From assembly GCA_017608505.1 (NCBI GenBank), contig JAFCFT010000002.1, positions 15,299-79,298 of the forward strand: a DNA stretch of 64,000 bases, in the 5' to 3' direction. The notes beneath the pieces are model-generated. The model was not told the origin of the DNA. It did no database searches and saw nothing but the letters and a program-made list of their open reading frames with translations. Source of the stretch: Candidatus Parvarchaeota archaeon. Lineage in GTDB: Archaea; Nanobdellota; Nanobdellia; WJKC01. Of this stretch, positions 38,580 through 48,030 are shown one piece after another (the stretch's first letter is position 1; the number at the start of each line of letters is the position of its first letter). A program made the position numbers and the translations under genes.

Positions 38580-40051
38580 TTCAAATTTATATTATACACA
38601 AAGAGGTATGGATTAAAATATGCATCATAGCCTAATTCGAATACTAATTTTACAGACGTAACTGACATTGGAACATCTTTAAATAATACATAACCTTTCT
38701 TTGTAACACCAGGATAAATTTTAGAAAATATTGTATCTAATGTTCCACCGAAAGTACTTTCATACTGGTTTCTTTGGTTGTCTATAATTACCATGCCAGA
38801 TGGTGAAAAATAATCACTTTCACTCCCAATATTTTTAACTTCCATATCTACTCTAAAGTATTGTTTTTTATTACTCCATTTGTTATATAGATTAAAGAAA
38901 CCAGCTTTTGTTACAGTTACTTCAAAATTATCATTACTTATTTTTTTATTAACTATTATTGCATTTTTATTATATTCTTCCTCAGCCAATTGCTCATATG
39001 TGTATGTTTTTTTGTTTTTCAAATCGAAAATATAATCTCCAATAATTATTTTTGAGATATCTACATTTTTAGGAACGTTTTTAAAAGCCATATAACCAGT
39101 TTTTTTAGCTCCACTTTCAATCTCTCCTCCTTCAAACTTTGACCTATATGACCTTTCATATTGATTACTACTAGAATCAATCAATTTTGTATTATAAATA
39201 TAGAAAGAATTTGTTTGTTTTGCCTCAACTTCTAAATCGACTCTTAAAAGGTTTTCTGCAGATATAGAACTATAATCTGTAAAGAATCCATATTTAGTAA
39301 TTCTTATTTTAAAATTATCATCTTCTAATTCCAGTAATGTTTGTTTTGCATTTTTATTATATTCTTCCTCAGCCATTTGCGTAAGTTCTTCTTTTGTGTA
39401 AGTTGGTATCTGTACTACCGTATCTTCTATATGTAATTCTTTTCCATCTGAAGTTACAAAGGTAAGAACTGCCCTACCAAAAGAAGAAATGCCTTTTTGG
39501 ATCTCAGATATTGGTACCCTCCATTCATACGCTTTTCCAATATCTTGACCTGTAAACATAAATTGATAATCAACAAATTCCGATGCCTTTACATCAAATT
39601 CTTTATAATACAGGGAATTATTTAAATTATCAAATATTTCTACCTTCACATGTCCATCTCCAGGTGTGTTTTTCCCATATACATCTTCAAGTAAAAAATA
39701 AAATCTAATTATTTCTCCTTCTTTAACTGTTGCAAAGTAATTTATATTAACAGGCGAATATTTAGAAGCGGTTGTTTGGGATGTATGGGATATTTGTATG
39801 TTTTGTAGAATGTTGGTAGGCGAATATTTAGAAGCGGTTGTTTGGGATGTTTGTGTTTTTTCAGCTGGAATTCCAGTTTGACCTTGCTCTTGAACACAAC
39901 CACATATAAAAACAATTCCAACAATCAAAATTACAATTAATCTTGAATTCATGAATATTTGTTTTTCTATTTTGTTTACCATTTCATAAATTTTATAAAA
40001 TCTTTTTCTTTTAAAGCTTTTTATAATAACAACCCCAAAGGCGGATTGCAA
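38576..40051 (-). CDS. Secreted/surface protein with internal repeats (DUF4352-like Ig-fold repeats)
   Basis: N-terminal TM/signal 'LIVILIVGIVFICGC' with lipobox-like Cys. A duplicated 'SQTTASKYSP.NI' segment is encoded by a 34-bp DNA repeat at 39757/39820. A duplicated 'AEEEYNKNA...NDNF..T.TK.GFF' domain is also present. Confidence 0.45.
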   Translation of the reverse strand: MQSAFGVVIIKSFKRKRFYKIYEMVNKIEKQIFMNSRLIVILIVGIVFICGCVQEQGQTGIPAEKTQTSQTTASKYSPTNILQNIQISHTSQTTASKYSPVNINYFATVKEGEIIRFYFLLEDVYGKNTPGDGHVKVEIFDNLNNSLYYKEFDVKASEFVDYQFMFTGQDIGKAYEWRVPISEIQKGISSFGRAVLTFVTSDGKELHIEDTVVQIPTYTKEELTQMAEEEYNKNAKQTLLELEDDNFKIRITKYGFFTDYSSISAENLLRVDLEVEAKQTNSFYIYNTKLIDSSSNQYERSYRSKFEGGEIESGAKKTGYMAFKNVPKNVDISKIIIGDYIFDLKNKKTYTYEQLAEEEYNKNAIIVNKKISNDNFEVTVTKAGFFNLYNKWSNKKQYFRVDMEVKNIGSESDYFSPSGMVIIDNQRNQYESTFGGTLDTIFSKIYPGVTKKGYVLFKDVPMSVTSVKLVFELGYDAYFNPYLFVYNINLK

Positions 40052-40081
40052 CTAACAATTCAAGATATACGACATTGGTCA

Positions 40082-40552
40082 CTACGCCTTACCCGCTTTC
40101 CTGAAGGAAAACACTTCGCAGCAGCTCCTGAGAGTGCATAGTCTTTTCACTTCCTCATTGTCCTCGTTCAAGTGGTAGTACACTCTTCCCTTGTTCGACT
40201 TGCTCCTTGAGGTCTTCTTGAGAACCCCCTTGTGCTCCAAGAGCCACAGCCTGTGGTTGGCGTAGGCGTAGCCCACCCCCAAAGCCTGGCTTACTTCAAG
40301 CGTGCTTAACGGCCTGCCCTTGATCTTGAACAACTCAACGATCCGCATCTCAGCAGGGCTTAAAATCATGCCATTAGTATGCCTGCAAGTTATATTTAAA
40401 GATGAAGCTATAAGAAGAATAAGACGATTAATAATTGCTAATATATTAATTGTTAAAAAAGAATTGTAACATAAGACTCTTCTCTTCTCAAGACTAGACA
40501 AATCTAATACAAGTCGCTCATTTAGTGGACATAAGAAGTATTTAAGGCGCAA
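40082..40552 (-). CDS. Membrane-anchored winged-helix DNA-binding protein
   Basis: N-terminal hydrophobic segment, then wHTH 'LSTLEVSQALGVGYAYANHRLWLLEHKGVLKK'. Confidence 0.45.
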   Translation of the reverse strand: MRLKYFLCPLNERLVLDLSSLEKRRVLCYNSFLTINILAIINRLILLIASSLNITCRHTNGMILSPAEMRIVELFKIKGRPLSTLEVSQALGVGYAYANHRLWLLEHKGVLKKTSRSKSNKGRVYYHLNEDNEEVKRLCTLRSCCEVFSFRKAGKA

Positions 40553-40604
40553 GCAAAATCACAAAAAATTGATGCATTAAGAACAGTTAGAAGTTTTAAT
40601 CTTC

Positions 40605-41168
40605 TTATTCGTCTTGGCACTCTTTCACGCTCTTCCACACATGGCTTATGCTCATGCCAGAGACTCTTGCCAGGTCCCTAATGCTCACTCCTTGGTCACT
40701 ACACGCTAGATAAATGCACACGAGCGCCTTGGTCTTGTTCGTCTTGTTCACTAATTTTTTCTCAACTTCTTTTATCTTCTTTATTGCTTTTGACGCCTCG
40801 CTCTCCGCAAGCCCTAATTCGTAGCACAGCCTCGTGATGTAGAAGCTGGTGTCAACTTGTTTTCTGGGAAGGTCCACGTTCTGCTTGATAAAAGACTTGC
40901 ACCTAAGCAGGCGCTTCTTCTCAACGCCAGAAGCCTTAATGACTTCCTTTAATAGCAAAGGGTAGTTCAGGAGTTCGCTTACGACCAGCAGGCAGGCGTT
41001 CACAAGCTCTTTCCTGCTCCTGCCTTGTGTTAATTGTTTAAGCATCAACTGCTTGTACAACTTGATAGTGTTCTGGAATAGTCTTTCAGGCAGTCCTAAC
41101 TCATTGCACGTGCTGCGCAATTCCTCATAGGCAGGCATCAAGGACTTAATGAATTGCGAATACTCCAC
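40605..41168 (-). CDS. TFB-like protein, cyclin-fold core only (second paralog; GTG start)
   Basis: It aligns along the whole TFB core ('GRSRKELVNACLLVVSELLNYPLLLKEVIKASGVEKKRLLRCKSFI', 'RLCYELGLAESEASKAIKKIKE', 'GVSIRDLARVSGMSISHVWKSVKE'). 'CCTTTATATATTA' TATA-like box lies about 30 nt upstream. There is no room for a Zn-ribbon. Confidence 0.7.
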   Translation of the reverse strand: MEYSQFIKSLMPAYEELRSTCNELGLPERLFQNTIKLYKQLMLKQLTQGRSRKELVNACLLVVSELLNYPLLLKEVIKASGVEKKRLLRCKSFIKQNVDLPRKQVDTSFYITRLCYELGLAESEASKAIKKIKEVEKKLVNKTNKTKALVCIYLACSDQGVSIRDLARVSGMSISHVWKSVKECQDE

Positions 41169-41221
41169 AAATAATAACGAGAAATACTAATATATAAAGG
41201 TAACACAAATATTTAGTGTTT

Positions 41222-42361
41222 TCAATCCATCACAGCCTTTATCCTCTTCGCTATCTTTGGCGCTATAAATTTTAGTGCTTTCTTGCCGTACTTTAGTGCT
41301 TTTTGTGCTTTCACGTTTCCTGGCTTTATTGTTTCTGGTTCTGTCCTGCTCTCAATTAAATATTTATGACCTTCTATCTTAACTTTGCCATAAAGCGACA
41401 GTATCAATTTTGTAGGCTCTGCTGGTGACTTTAATTCAAGGTTTATGGTTGCCTTCTCGCCTGGCCACACTACATAATCTTTTAGTAATTCTTCTTCGTT
41501 ATTAATTGTGGCGTTAACATATTCAATTGTGCTTTTCAATTCTTTTATCTTGAACTCGTTATTAATTGCTTGTATTATTATCTCTGCATCGAATGTCTTG
41601 CCTTTATTAACTATGTAGGCGTCACCCTTCACAAGCCCCCTATTCAAGTACGACTCCAATAGCACTTCATCATTGTATGTCTTTAGTATTATTGCCTTTG
41701 TGGCGTCGTCTATCTTTTTTGTCCTCTTATCAATTTTCTTTAGCTTCTTCTCTAAGCTACTGACGCCATCTCCTACAGCCTCTTTTATAACTTCATTTAT
41801 GTTTGTAATGCTTATGCCTGTATCCGCTTTTGAAGCCTTAACACTTCTTAATTTCTCGTCCACTGGAAGTATGCTTTCCTCTGCCAAGCGCTTTATATCA
41901 TACATGGCGTGCTCCAAGTAAGGCTTTCCTATCTTGCTAGCTCCGTAAACGTTTAACAAATTAGGCTCAGCCACTGCTTTTAATGCAAACCTTTCTTCGT
42001 TACCGTTTTCATCCTGAATAATAGAGAAGTACCTACGCTCATTATTAGGGATAGAATCAACCTCTAAGTATATTAAGTCCAAACCATATTCAGCCTTAAT
42101 ACCAGAATGAAACAACTCCAACGCTTTTTCTGGAGCCAATTCGTAAAACACAACATCAAAAGACTTAACGCAATAATTAGCAAGCATAAACTCAAGAGAC
42201 TCATTAAGGACAAAATCAACAGCTTTATTAATATTTTTATATTCTTCATATTTTTTTCTTAATAGATCAGCATCTTCTTTTTTTAATAATCCTGAGGGTT
42301 TTTTATGTACAAATTTATATTTTGCTATTCCATCATCATAAATATTATGAATTTCAACCAT
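41222..42361 (-). CDS. hypothetical protein
   Basis: 379 aa. No motif recognised. Confidence 0.35.
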   Translation of the reverse strand: MVEIHNIYDDGIAKYKFVHKKPSGLLKKEDADLLRKKYEEYKNINKAVDFVLNESLEFMLANYCVKSFDVVFYELAPEKALELFHSGIKAEYGLDLIYLEVDSIPNNERRYFSIIQDENGNEERFALKAVAEPNLLNVYGASKIGKPYLEHAMYDIKRLAEESILPVDEKLRSVKASKADTGISITNINEVIKEAVGDGVSSLEKKLKKIDKRTKKIDDATKAIILKTYNDEVLLESYLNRGLVKGDAYIVNKGKTFDAEIIIQAINNEFKIKELKSTIEYVNATINNEEELLKDYVVWPGEKATINLELKSPAEPTKLILSLYGKVKIEGHKYLIESRTEPETIKPGNVKAQKALKYGKKALKFIAPKIAKRIKAVMD

Positions 42362-42417
42362 ATAACATCAACCTCAAAAATAAGTCAGTTTCTTAAATTT
42401 ATAAAAGTTACGATAAC

Positions 42418-42801
42418 TTATTTTTCATAATTTTTATCTGCAAACGTCAAAATGTCCTCTGTTTCACTTGTCTGAATCTTTTCTTTTTCTTTCTTTCCTT
42501 TTTTTAGCTTCTTTTTTAACCAGTCCTCAGGTGTTATTACTATTTTATTATCTTTTATTTCAAAATTTAGGCCGTGCAGTTCTATTATATCTTCATTATC
42601 GTTTAAAAACGTTTTAAAATCTTCGCCTCCCTATGCTCTAAAATCTAATTTAATTTCATTATTTGCTTCTAACCTTTTATACATCACTTGTATGAATGTA
42701 TATACACTTATTTCCTTATCATTCACTTTTAACTTCTTCTTTTGTTTGCCATTATAAGCTTCAACTAACACTTCTGCTGCCTGCTCAGCACTCATCGCCA
42801 T
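42418..42801 (-). pseudogene. Small ORF (~125 codons) interrupted by an in-frame TAG (nonsense-mutated gene or stop-codon readthrough candidate)
   Basis: Minus-strand frame 'MAMSAEQAAEVLVEAYNGKQ...KLDFRA' then TAG (at + 42631-42633) then 'GGEDFKTFLNDNEDIIELHGLNFEIKDNKIV...' continuing to the stop at 42418. About 700 bp here have no ORF over 60 aa. Confidence 0.35.
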
Positions 42802-43067
42802 TAGTATAAATAAAACATTTCTTAACTTAATAAATCCTTTGCCTGCACTTAAGAAGTGACTCAGGAATCGTCTTCCCCAAGTACTTGATTATCACCTGCC
42901 TCGGCTCGCCGTTAATCCTGACTGATTTGGCTAAGTAATAATACTTTTGGACTCTACCACACTTTAACTTTACCAGCTTGACTTTGATGAACACCACGCC
43001 TTATTGGTCACTACAAGAAGTATAAAAAGATAGAATTTATATCATAGTTCAAATTATTTTTCTATTA

Positions 43068-44288
43068 ATGGTTTTGTATTCGCATTCAAGGCTTAGCGCT
43101 TTCGAGAACTGCCCTTTAAAGTACAAGTTTCGGTACATTGACAAATTGAGGACTGATGTTTCCCAAAGTATAGAAGCGTTCATGGGCGACATGGTTCATC
43201 AAACGCTTGAGAAAGTGTACACTGACGCCAAGTTCCAAAAATTCATGACTGCAAAAGAGGCAAAAGAATATCTAAAGCAGTTATGGAAGAAAAACTGGAA
43301 TGACAGTATAGTCATTGTGCGCAAAGAGTACGGCCCAAGTAATTATTTGAAAATGGCTTTAAAATTTATTGAGGACTACTTCAAGAAGTACGACGTAGCA
43401 AACGACGGCATCACAATAGGATTAGAAGAAAGAGTTGTAATAAACCTTGACAAGCAGGGAAGATTCAAGCTCCAAGGATACATTGACCGCCTGGCCTGCC
43501 ACAACGACACAGAATACCACATTATTGACTACAAGACTAACAGTCACTTAAAAATCCAAGACCAATTAGACAACGATAGACAACTAGCTTTATATCAACT
43601 GGCAGTGCAACACAATTACAGAGATGCCAAGAAGATATTGCTGAAGTGGCGCTTTTTGGCATTCAACAAGGAGCTGACAAGCATAAGGACGCGCGAGGAA
43701 TTAAAAGCCTTAAAGAAAGACACAATACAGTTGATAAAACAGATAGAGAAAACAAAGGAGTTCAAGCCAAAGGTGAGCAGGCTATGCGACTGGTGTGAGT
43801 ACAGGCAAATCTGTCCTGAATGGGCGCACATGTATGAATTGGAAACTAAAAGCGCTAATGAGTACTTGAAAGATGACGGCGTGACGCTGGTAAACAAATA
43901 TATAGAATTAAGCGAGCAGAAAAGAAAGCTTGTAAGCGAGATAGATGAAAAGCTAGACAAGCTTAAAGAAGCGCTTGTTAAGTTTGCAAAGAAAAGGGGC
44001 GTGAACGTGGTGTTCGGTTCAAATAACAAGATAAGAGTAAGCATCACAGACCATTACAAGTTCCCAGGCAAAGGCACAAAAGAAAGAGAAAAACTAATAG
44101 AAGTGTTGAAGAAATTAAGAAAATGGGAAGAAATAGCAGATATAGACACTTACGGGCTTAACAGGATAATGAAAGAAAAACTGTGGAGCCCGCAGGAATT
44201 AAGGTTGATAAGGAGATTCGCGACAAAAGAGGAAACACACAGACTTTATCCAAGCAGGATAAATAAGGAAGAAGATACGCAGAAGTAG
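43068..44288 (+). CDS. Cas4-like / RecB-family PD-(D/E)xK nuclease with Fe-S cluster cysteines (solo, no cas1/cas2)
   Basis: N-terminal 'SHSRLSAFENCPLKYKFRY', motifs 'GYIDRL', 'IIDYKT' and 'QLALYQ', and C-terminal 'CDWCEYRQIC'. 406 aa with a long coiled C-terminal extension. Confidence 0.65.
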   Translation: MVLYSHSRLSAFENCPLKYKFRYIDKLRTDVSQSIEAFMGDMVHQTLEKVYTDAKFQKFMTAKEAKEYLKQLWKKNWNDSIVIVRKEYGPSNYLKMALKFIEDYFKKYDVANDGITIGLEERVVINLDKQGRFKLQGYIDRLACHNDTEYHIIDYKTNSHLKIQDQLDNDRQLALYQLAVQHNYRDAKKILLKWRFLAFNKELTSIRTREELKALKKDTIQLIKQIEKTKEFKPKVSRLCDWCEYRQICPEWAHMYELETKSANEYLKDDGVTLVNKYIELSEQKRKLVSEIDEKLDKLKEALVKFAKKRGVNVVFGSNNKIRVSITDHYKFPGKGTKEREKLIEVLKKLRKWEEIADIDTYGLNRIMKEKLWSPQELRLIRRFATKEETHRLYPSRINKEEDTQK

Positions 44289-44362
44289 CCTATAATCACT
44301 CTTTTATTAACTACAATATTTGTAGGCGCCCTAAAGCGTCAAGTAAGTCATGCCATCCTTTA

Positions 44363-45217
44363 CTAATCTTTATAGTGTTTTCTTATTTCTTCAAATTTAG
44401 CTAAAAGCGCATCCGCAAGCTCTTGTTTTTTAATTAAATATTTTGCCCATTTTCCTTTATAACTATCATTTATTCCGGATATAATTCTGTACATATTTCT
44501 ACTTTCATGCTTGACAATCGAGCCTTTTTTTGCAACTATCTTAGAAGGCACAAGAATGAGATAATCGTGAAGTTCTAATGTCTTAGGGTTAAAGAAAGCC
44601 CCGACAACATAATAATTATTGTGCGGGGTAAATGTTTTTTTATTAACCTGCATTATTAATAACTTTCCATGAAATAATTTAAAATTTCCTTTAACTTGCA
44701 AGAATATTGGATGAAACTCGCCGTTCTTAACGACAATTAAATCAATTCCTTCGATATCGCTAACAGGCTTGTACACATTCAGAAGCCCTTGCCCATGAAG
44801 CAGCAATAATTCCTTTATTCTATCTTCAACAATGTTCCCTTTAGCTAAAGAGCTTAATCCAGAAAGATCAAGCAGTTTTTCAGCAGCTTTTAATTCTTGT
44901 TCTTCAGTAATTATTTCTCTTTGCCTGAACTCGATTTTATACTTTCCATTGACTTTATAAAATATTATCTCATCTTTAGGTTTCATATTATGTTTCCTGT
45001 AAAATTTAGTAAGCCCATATATTCTGCGACGAACTGGATTATATAACAATTCTTCTTCTTTTCCATCGATAACAATCTTAATTCTTTGTTTCTCGCTAGG
45101 CATTAACTCTAAACCTCTGACAGGGATATTTAGAAAACCTAATCTTATCTCAACTTCTATAAGCTTCCTCACAAATTTATCCATAGAGTAAGATAATGTG
45201 TTATAGGCTATAAACAT
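44363..45217 (-). CDS. hypothetical protein (possible restriction-endonuclease-like fold)
   Basis: 284 aa. 'DIEGIDLIVVKNGEFHPIFLQVKG' resembles a D...(E/Q)xK core. Weak. Confidence 0.3.
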   Translation of the reverse strand: MFIAYNTLSYSMDKFVRKLIEVEIRLGFLNIPVRGLELMPSEKQRIKIVIDGKEEELLYNPVRRRIYGLTKFYRKHNMKPKDEIIFYKVNGKYKIEFRQREIITEEQELKAAEKLLDLSGLSSLAKGNIVEDRIKELLLLHGQGLLNVYKPVSDIEGIDLIVVKNGEFHPIFLQVKGNFKLFHGKLLIMQVNKKTFTPHNNYYVVGAFFNPKTLELHDYLILVPSKIVAKKGSIVKHESRNMYRIISGINDSYKGKWAKYLIKKQELADALLAKFEEIRKHYKD

Positions 45218-45425
45218 TGCTTTTTAGAAATTAATTGAATTCTGAAGGGTTTATAAAGACCTTCGCGCGAAAGGTGACGCTCAGGTCTCATTATAAACCC
45301 TTCCCCCTTACGGGGACGAATTGCTGTGTATACTTCGGCTCATCTGGCTGCGCCTTTTTGGGACTGCCCCATTAAAATATGGTCAAGGGCAGTCCCGCCC
45401 GAATAAAGTAAAAAATTTTTAGGAG

Positions 45426-45686
45426 GTGGTGTCAGACATGGCTGACAACCACTTATTAAGCATTTTATCTAAGAAAGTTGAACTATTTAAGGCTTTGCGA
45501 AGCCGAATCTGGAACGAAATGGAGGAGTACATCAAGAAAGTCCTGGAGAACGATGGAGAACTAGGCAACGACAATTACTATGAAAGCATAAGCAGTTTAT
45601 TAACACTGGAGTGGAAAGTGAACAAACAGATAGCGCAACTGAAGAGGATAGCAGAGAGGTACGCAGTGCAGGGGGCGAGGGCATGA
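45426..45686 (+). CDS. hypothetical small protein
   Basis: 86 aa ORF downstream of a palindrome-rich region. It overlaps the next ORF. Confidence 0.3.
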   Translation: MVSDMADNHLLSILSKKVELFKALRSRIWNEMEEYIKKVLENDGELGNDNYYESISSLLTLEWKVNKQIAQLKRIAERYAVQGARA

Positions 45687-45967
45687 AAGCCCTCATCAAA
45701 GACGGCAAAGTAAATGGTAAGAAGATAATACGCGCCTGGGAGTCATTCTCAGGTATCTACTGGCTGGCAGTAGAGGAAGCATACAAGCAGGACAGCGTCA
45801 TCGACGGCAGAGTATACAAAGACGACAGGATATACTTCGGCCTCGTGACAGGACCAATTCCTGAGTGGGGTTACTTTTCAGAAAAGGAATTAGAGCTGAA
45901 CAAACCGCTAGTGTGGGAGATTCCAAAAAGAGCAGTGCGGTGGCTGAGCAAGGAAGTTACAGCGTAG
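45611..45967 (+). CDS. hypothetical protein
   Basis: 118 aa ORF, GC-richer than its surroundings. Confidence 0.3.
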   Translation: MESEQTDSATEEDSREVRSAGGEGMKALIKDGKVNGKKIIRAWESFSGIYWLAVEEAYKQDSVIDGRVYKDDRIYFGLVTGPIPEWGYFSEKELELNKPLVWEIPKRAVRWLSKEVTA

Positions 45968-46007
45968 TGACCAAAAATCATTTTATTTTTTTGTCATACT
46001 AATTCTA

Positions 46008-46085
46008 AGGCTTTGGTATTGGTAAAGCACACCCCCGCTCGCTTCGCTCGCTGCCCCCTCAAGGGGGCTTTGTGCTCGCTAGCGC
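46008..46085. terminator. Complex GC-rich stem-loop between convergent genes
   Basis: 'AAAGCACACCCCCGCTCGC...GCCCCCTCAAGGGGGCTTTGTGCTCGC' has nested inverted repeats (GCCCCCT/AGGGGGC; AAAGCACA/TGTGCTTT). Confidence 0.35.
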
Positions 46086-46093
46086 TCGCCACT

Positions 46094-46330
46094 TTATGAA
46101 ATGTTTGAAATGACAAGTTCAATAATTCCTACTATAATGAGTAAAGGACCAACAAAGTCAAAAGAGTTTTTTATATTACTTAGTGGTTCTTTGCCTGACT
46201 CTGGAACTATTTTTTCTAATTGACTAAAGAATAAACCAGTGACCATATTGTCAACAGCATCTTGTATGAAAAGGGTTGTGATGCCTATGACTATAGTTAT
46301 TATGCCTGCTGTAGTTAAGACTAGTCGCAT
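46094..46330 (-). CDS. small membrane protein
   Basis: 78 aa with two hydrophobic helices. Confidence 0.3.
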   Translation of the reverse strand: MRLVLTTAGIITIVIGITTLFIQDAVDNMVTGLFFSQLEKIVPESGKEPLSNIKNSFDFVGPLLIIVGIIELVISNIS

Positions 46331-46353
46331 AATATTATCATAAAATTTATTGT

Positions 46354-47433
46354 TTATTTCTTTTTCCTTTTCCTCCTGAAGAGGAAAAACATCATGTATG
46401 CTACTGTACTTAGCAGATATCCTATGCTATACATTTTTTGCCCGTAGAAGACATACCTCAGCGTTATCAGCAAGTAGCCGAGGCTGACTAAGTCGTACGT
46501 GCTGACAAGATTTATTTTCTTTAACTGCCTGCTCTTCAGCTCACTCTTGTACTCAGCCTTGTCTTTTAAGTCTCCCATCTTATGCGCGATTAACAAGTCC
46601 TCGCATGCATTCTTCAACTCTTCAGGGTTGCCGATTTTAGCCAGCTCATTCTCGTATTCAACCAGTCCAGAATTCTTAATGAGCTTGTGTATTAACTCGC
46701 TGGCTTCCTCATTAGTGAATCCCCTAAGCCTTACTTCAGCAGAAAAATTAATGCCTTGACTGCTTGTCCCTGCGCCAAGAATTGTAAGCCCGCTACGTTG
46801 CAGCAACTTGATTATCTTCTTGGTCTGCTTGGTGGCTTCTTCAACTTCGTCAATAATGACTATCAAGTCCTCGCTGGCCTTCCTTACTATGTCGTCAAGC
46901 AGCTCGAACATCCGCTTCCTCCTGCCCCTTGTAGTGACCAATGGAATACTCAAGTGCTGCGCCAGCTTCTCAGTGATGTTGCTTGCAGGCCTGGCGTTAA
47001 CAAGCACGGAGTTTTTTAGGTAGTCTTGTTGCAAGTGCTTTAATAGTGTTGTCTTGCCCATGCCAGACTCGCCAAGTATGAGAGTGCTTCTCTTTCTCTC
47101 CAAGTTATAGAGTACTTCCTCCACTATGTCCTTGCGCTGGATGTAGACCTCATCTTTATCAAGTATGAACTCTGTCTTAATCTCAGGCTTCAAGTCATTA
47201 AACTTTCCTAATAAGAAGCAGGCAATTAGTCTGCCCTTGTTGCTTAACGAGTAATAATCCCTATTCTTGACGACCAATCCATGCCTTGTGAACTGCTTGA
47301 TTATCCTGGCAGTCGTTTTGTAATTAACGCTTTTAATCTTCTTCATCTTTGCAGGCCTGTCATAAAGAGCTTCAAGGACAAGCAAGTGATTCTTGCTGTT
47401 ACAAGCTTTAAGCATTAAACTCTTCCAATCCAA
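46354..47433 (-). CDS. wHTH plus P-loop (AAA+-like) ATPase with a C-terminal membrane anchor
   Basis: Walker A 'GESGMGKTTL', Walker B 'LIVIIDEVEE', an N-terminal wHTH-like region and a C-terminal TM segment plus 'RRKRKKK'. Confidence 0.5.
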   Translation of the reverse strand: MDWKSLMLKACNSKNHLLVLEALYDRPAKMKKIKSVNYKTTARIIKQFTRHGLVVKNRDYYSLSNKGRLIACFLLGKFNDLKPEIKTEFILDKDEVYIQRKDIVEEVLYNLERKRSTLILGESGMGKTTLLKHLQQDYLKNSVLVNARPASNITEKLAQHLSIPLVTTRGRRKRMFELLDDIVRKASEDLIVIIDEVEEATKQTKKIIKLLQRSGLTILGAGTSSQGINFSAEVRLRGFTNEEASELIHKLIKNSGLVEYENELAKIGNPEELKNACEDLLIAHKMGDLKDKAEYKSELKSRQLKKINLVSTYDLVSLGYLLITLRYVFYGQKMYSIGYLLSTVAYMMFFLFRRKRKKK

Positions 47434-47483
47434 TTGAAATCACTTCTTATTTTTTTATAAATTACATCTAAATCAGGTCAGTC

Positions 47484-47963
47484 TCACGGAATGAGACTGT
47501 AAAGCAGTCCTCTGAAGAACAGAAGCAGTATAAAACCTGCAATGAAAATTACTGCCAACAATTTCTCTTTCTTGCTGCCTGTCTCTACCCCGCCCTCAAA
47601 AATGGTAAATGCATAGCCTGCGGGCGGGGCTAATTGAACACCTGAAGGCGTACCCATGTCTAAAATCAAGTGGCTTATGTAGCCAAGTGTTAAGCCGAAC
47701 AACAAGGGATTGTCGCTGAATATGAATCCGCTAATCACAAGGGCTAGCGCGACATACACGCTGTGAGTTACTGACCTGTGGCCAACAGTATTGTATAACT
47801 GCCTGCTGATACGAGGGAACAACCTGCCAATGAAGCTGAACGGATAGTCAATGTCAGGCAGAACGGAACCCAAAATTACAAATAAAAGAGGCAAAAATTC
47901 GAAAGGCACGCCCAGCAATCCTGAGAAAAACAAGCCGAAAGCAATATGAGTGTAAAATCGCAT
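47484..47963 (-). CDS. Membrane-bound metal-dependent hydrolase (DUF457/YdjM-like)
   Basis: 159 aa, multi-TM, with conserved His/Asp positions ('LPDIDYP', 'GHRSVTHS', 'SHLILD'). Confidence 0.45.
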   Translation of the reverse strand: MRFYTHIAFGLFFSGLLGVPFEFLPLLFVILGSVLPDIDYPFSFIGRLFPRISRQLYNTVGHRSVTHSVYVALALVISGFIFSDNPLLFGLTLGYISHLILDMGTPSGVQLAPPAGYAFTIFEGGVETGSKKEKLLAVIFIAGFILLLFFRGLLYSLIP

Positions 47964-48030
47964 GCCTTACTATTGAATAGAAGAAGTATTTAAAGTTGGA
48001 GTTGGATATAAATATATAGGGGATGTATAA

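Noticed and set aside
39757-39853. 34-bp direct DNA repeat (two copies, 63 bp apart) that looked like a possible CRISPR or MITE fragment.
   Set aside because: It lies inside the secreted-protein gene and encodes a duplicated peptide segment (SQTTASKYSP). There are only two copies and no array structure.
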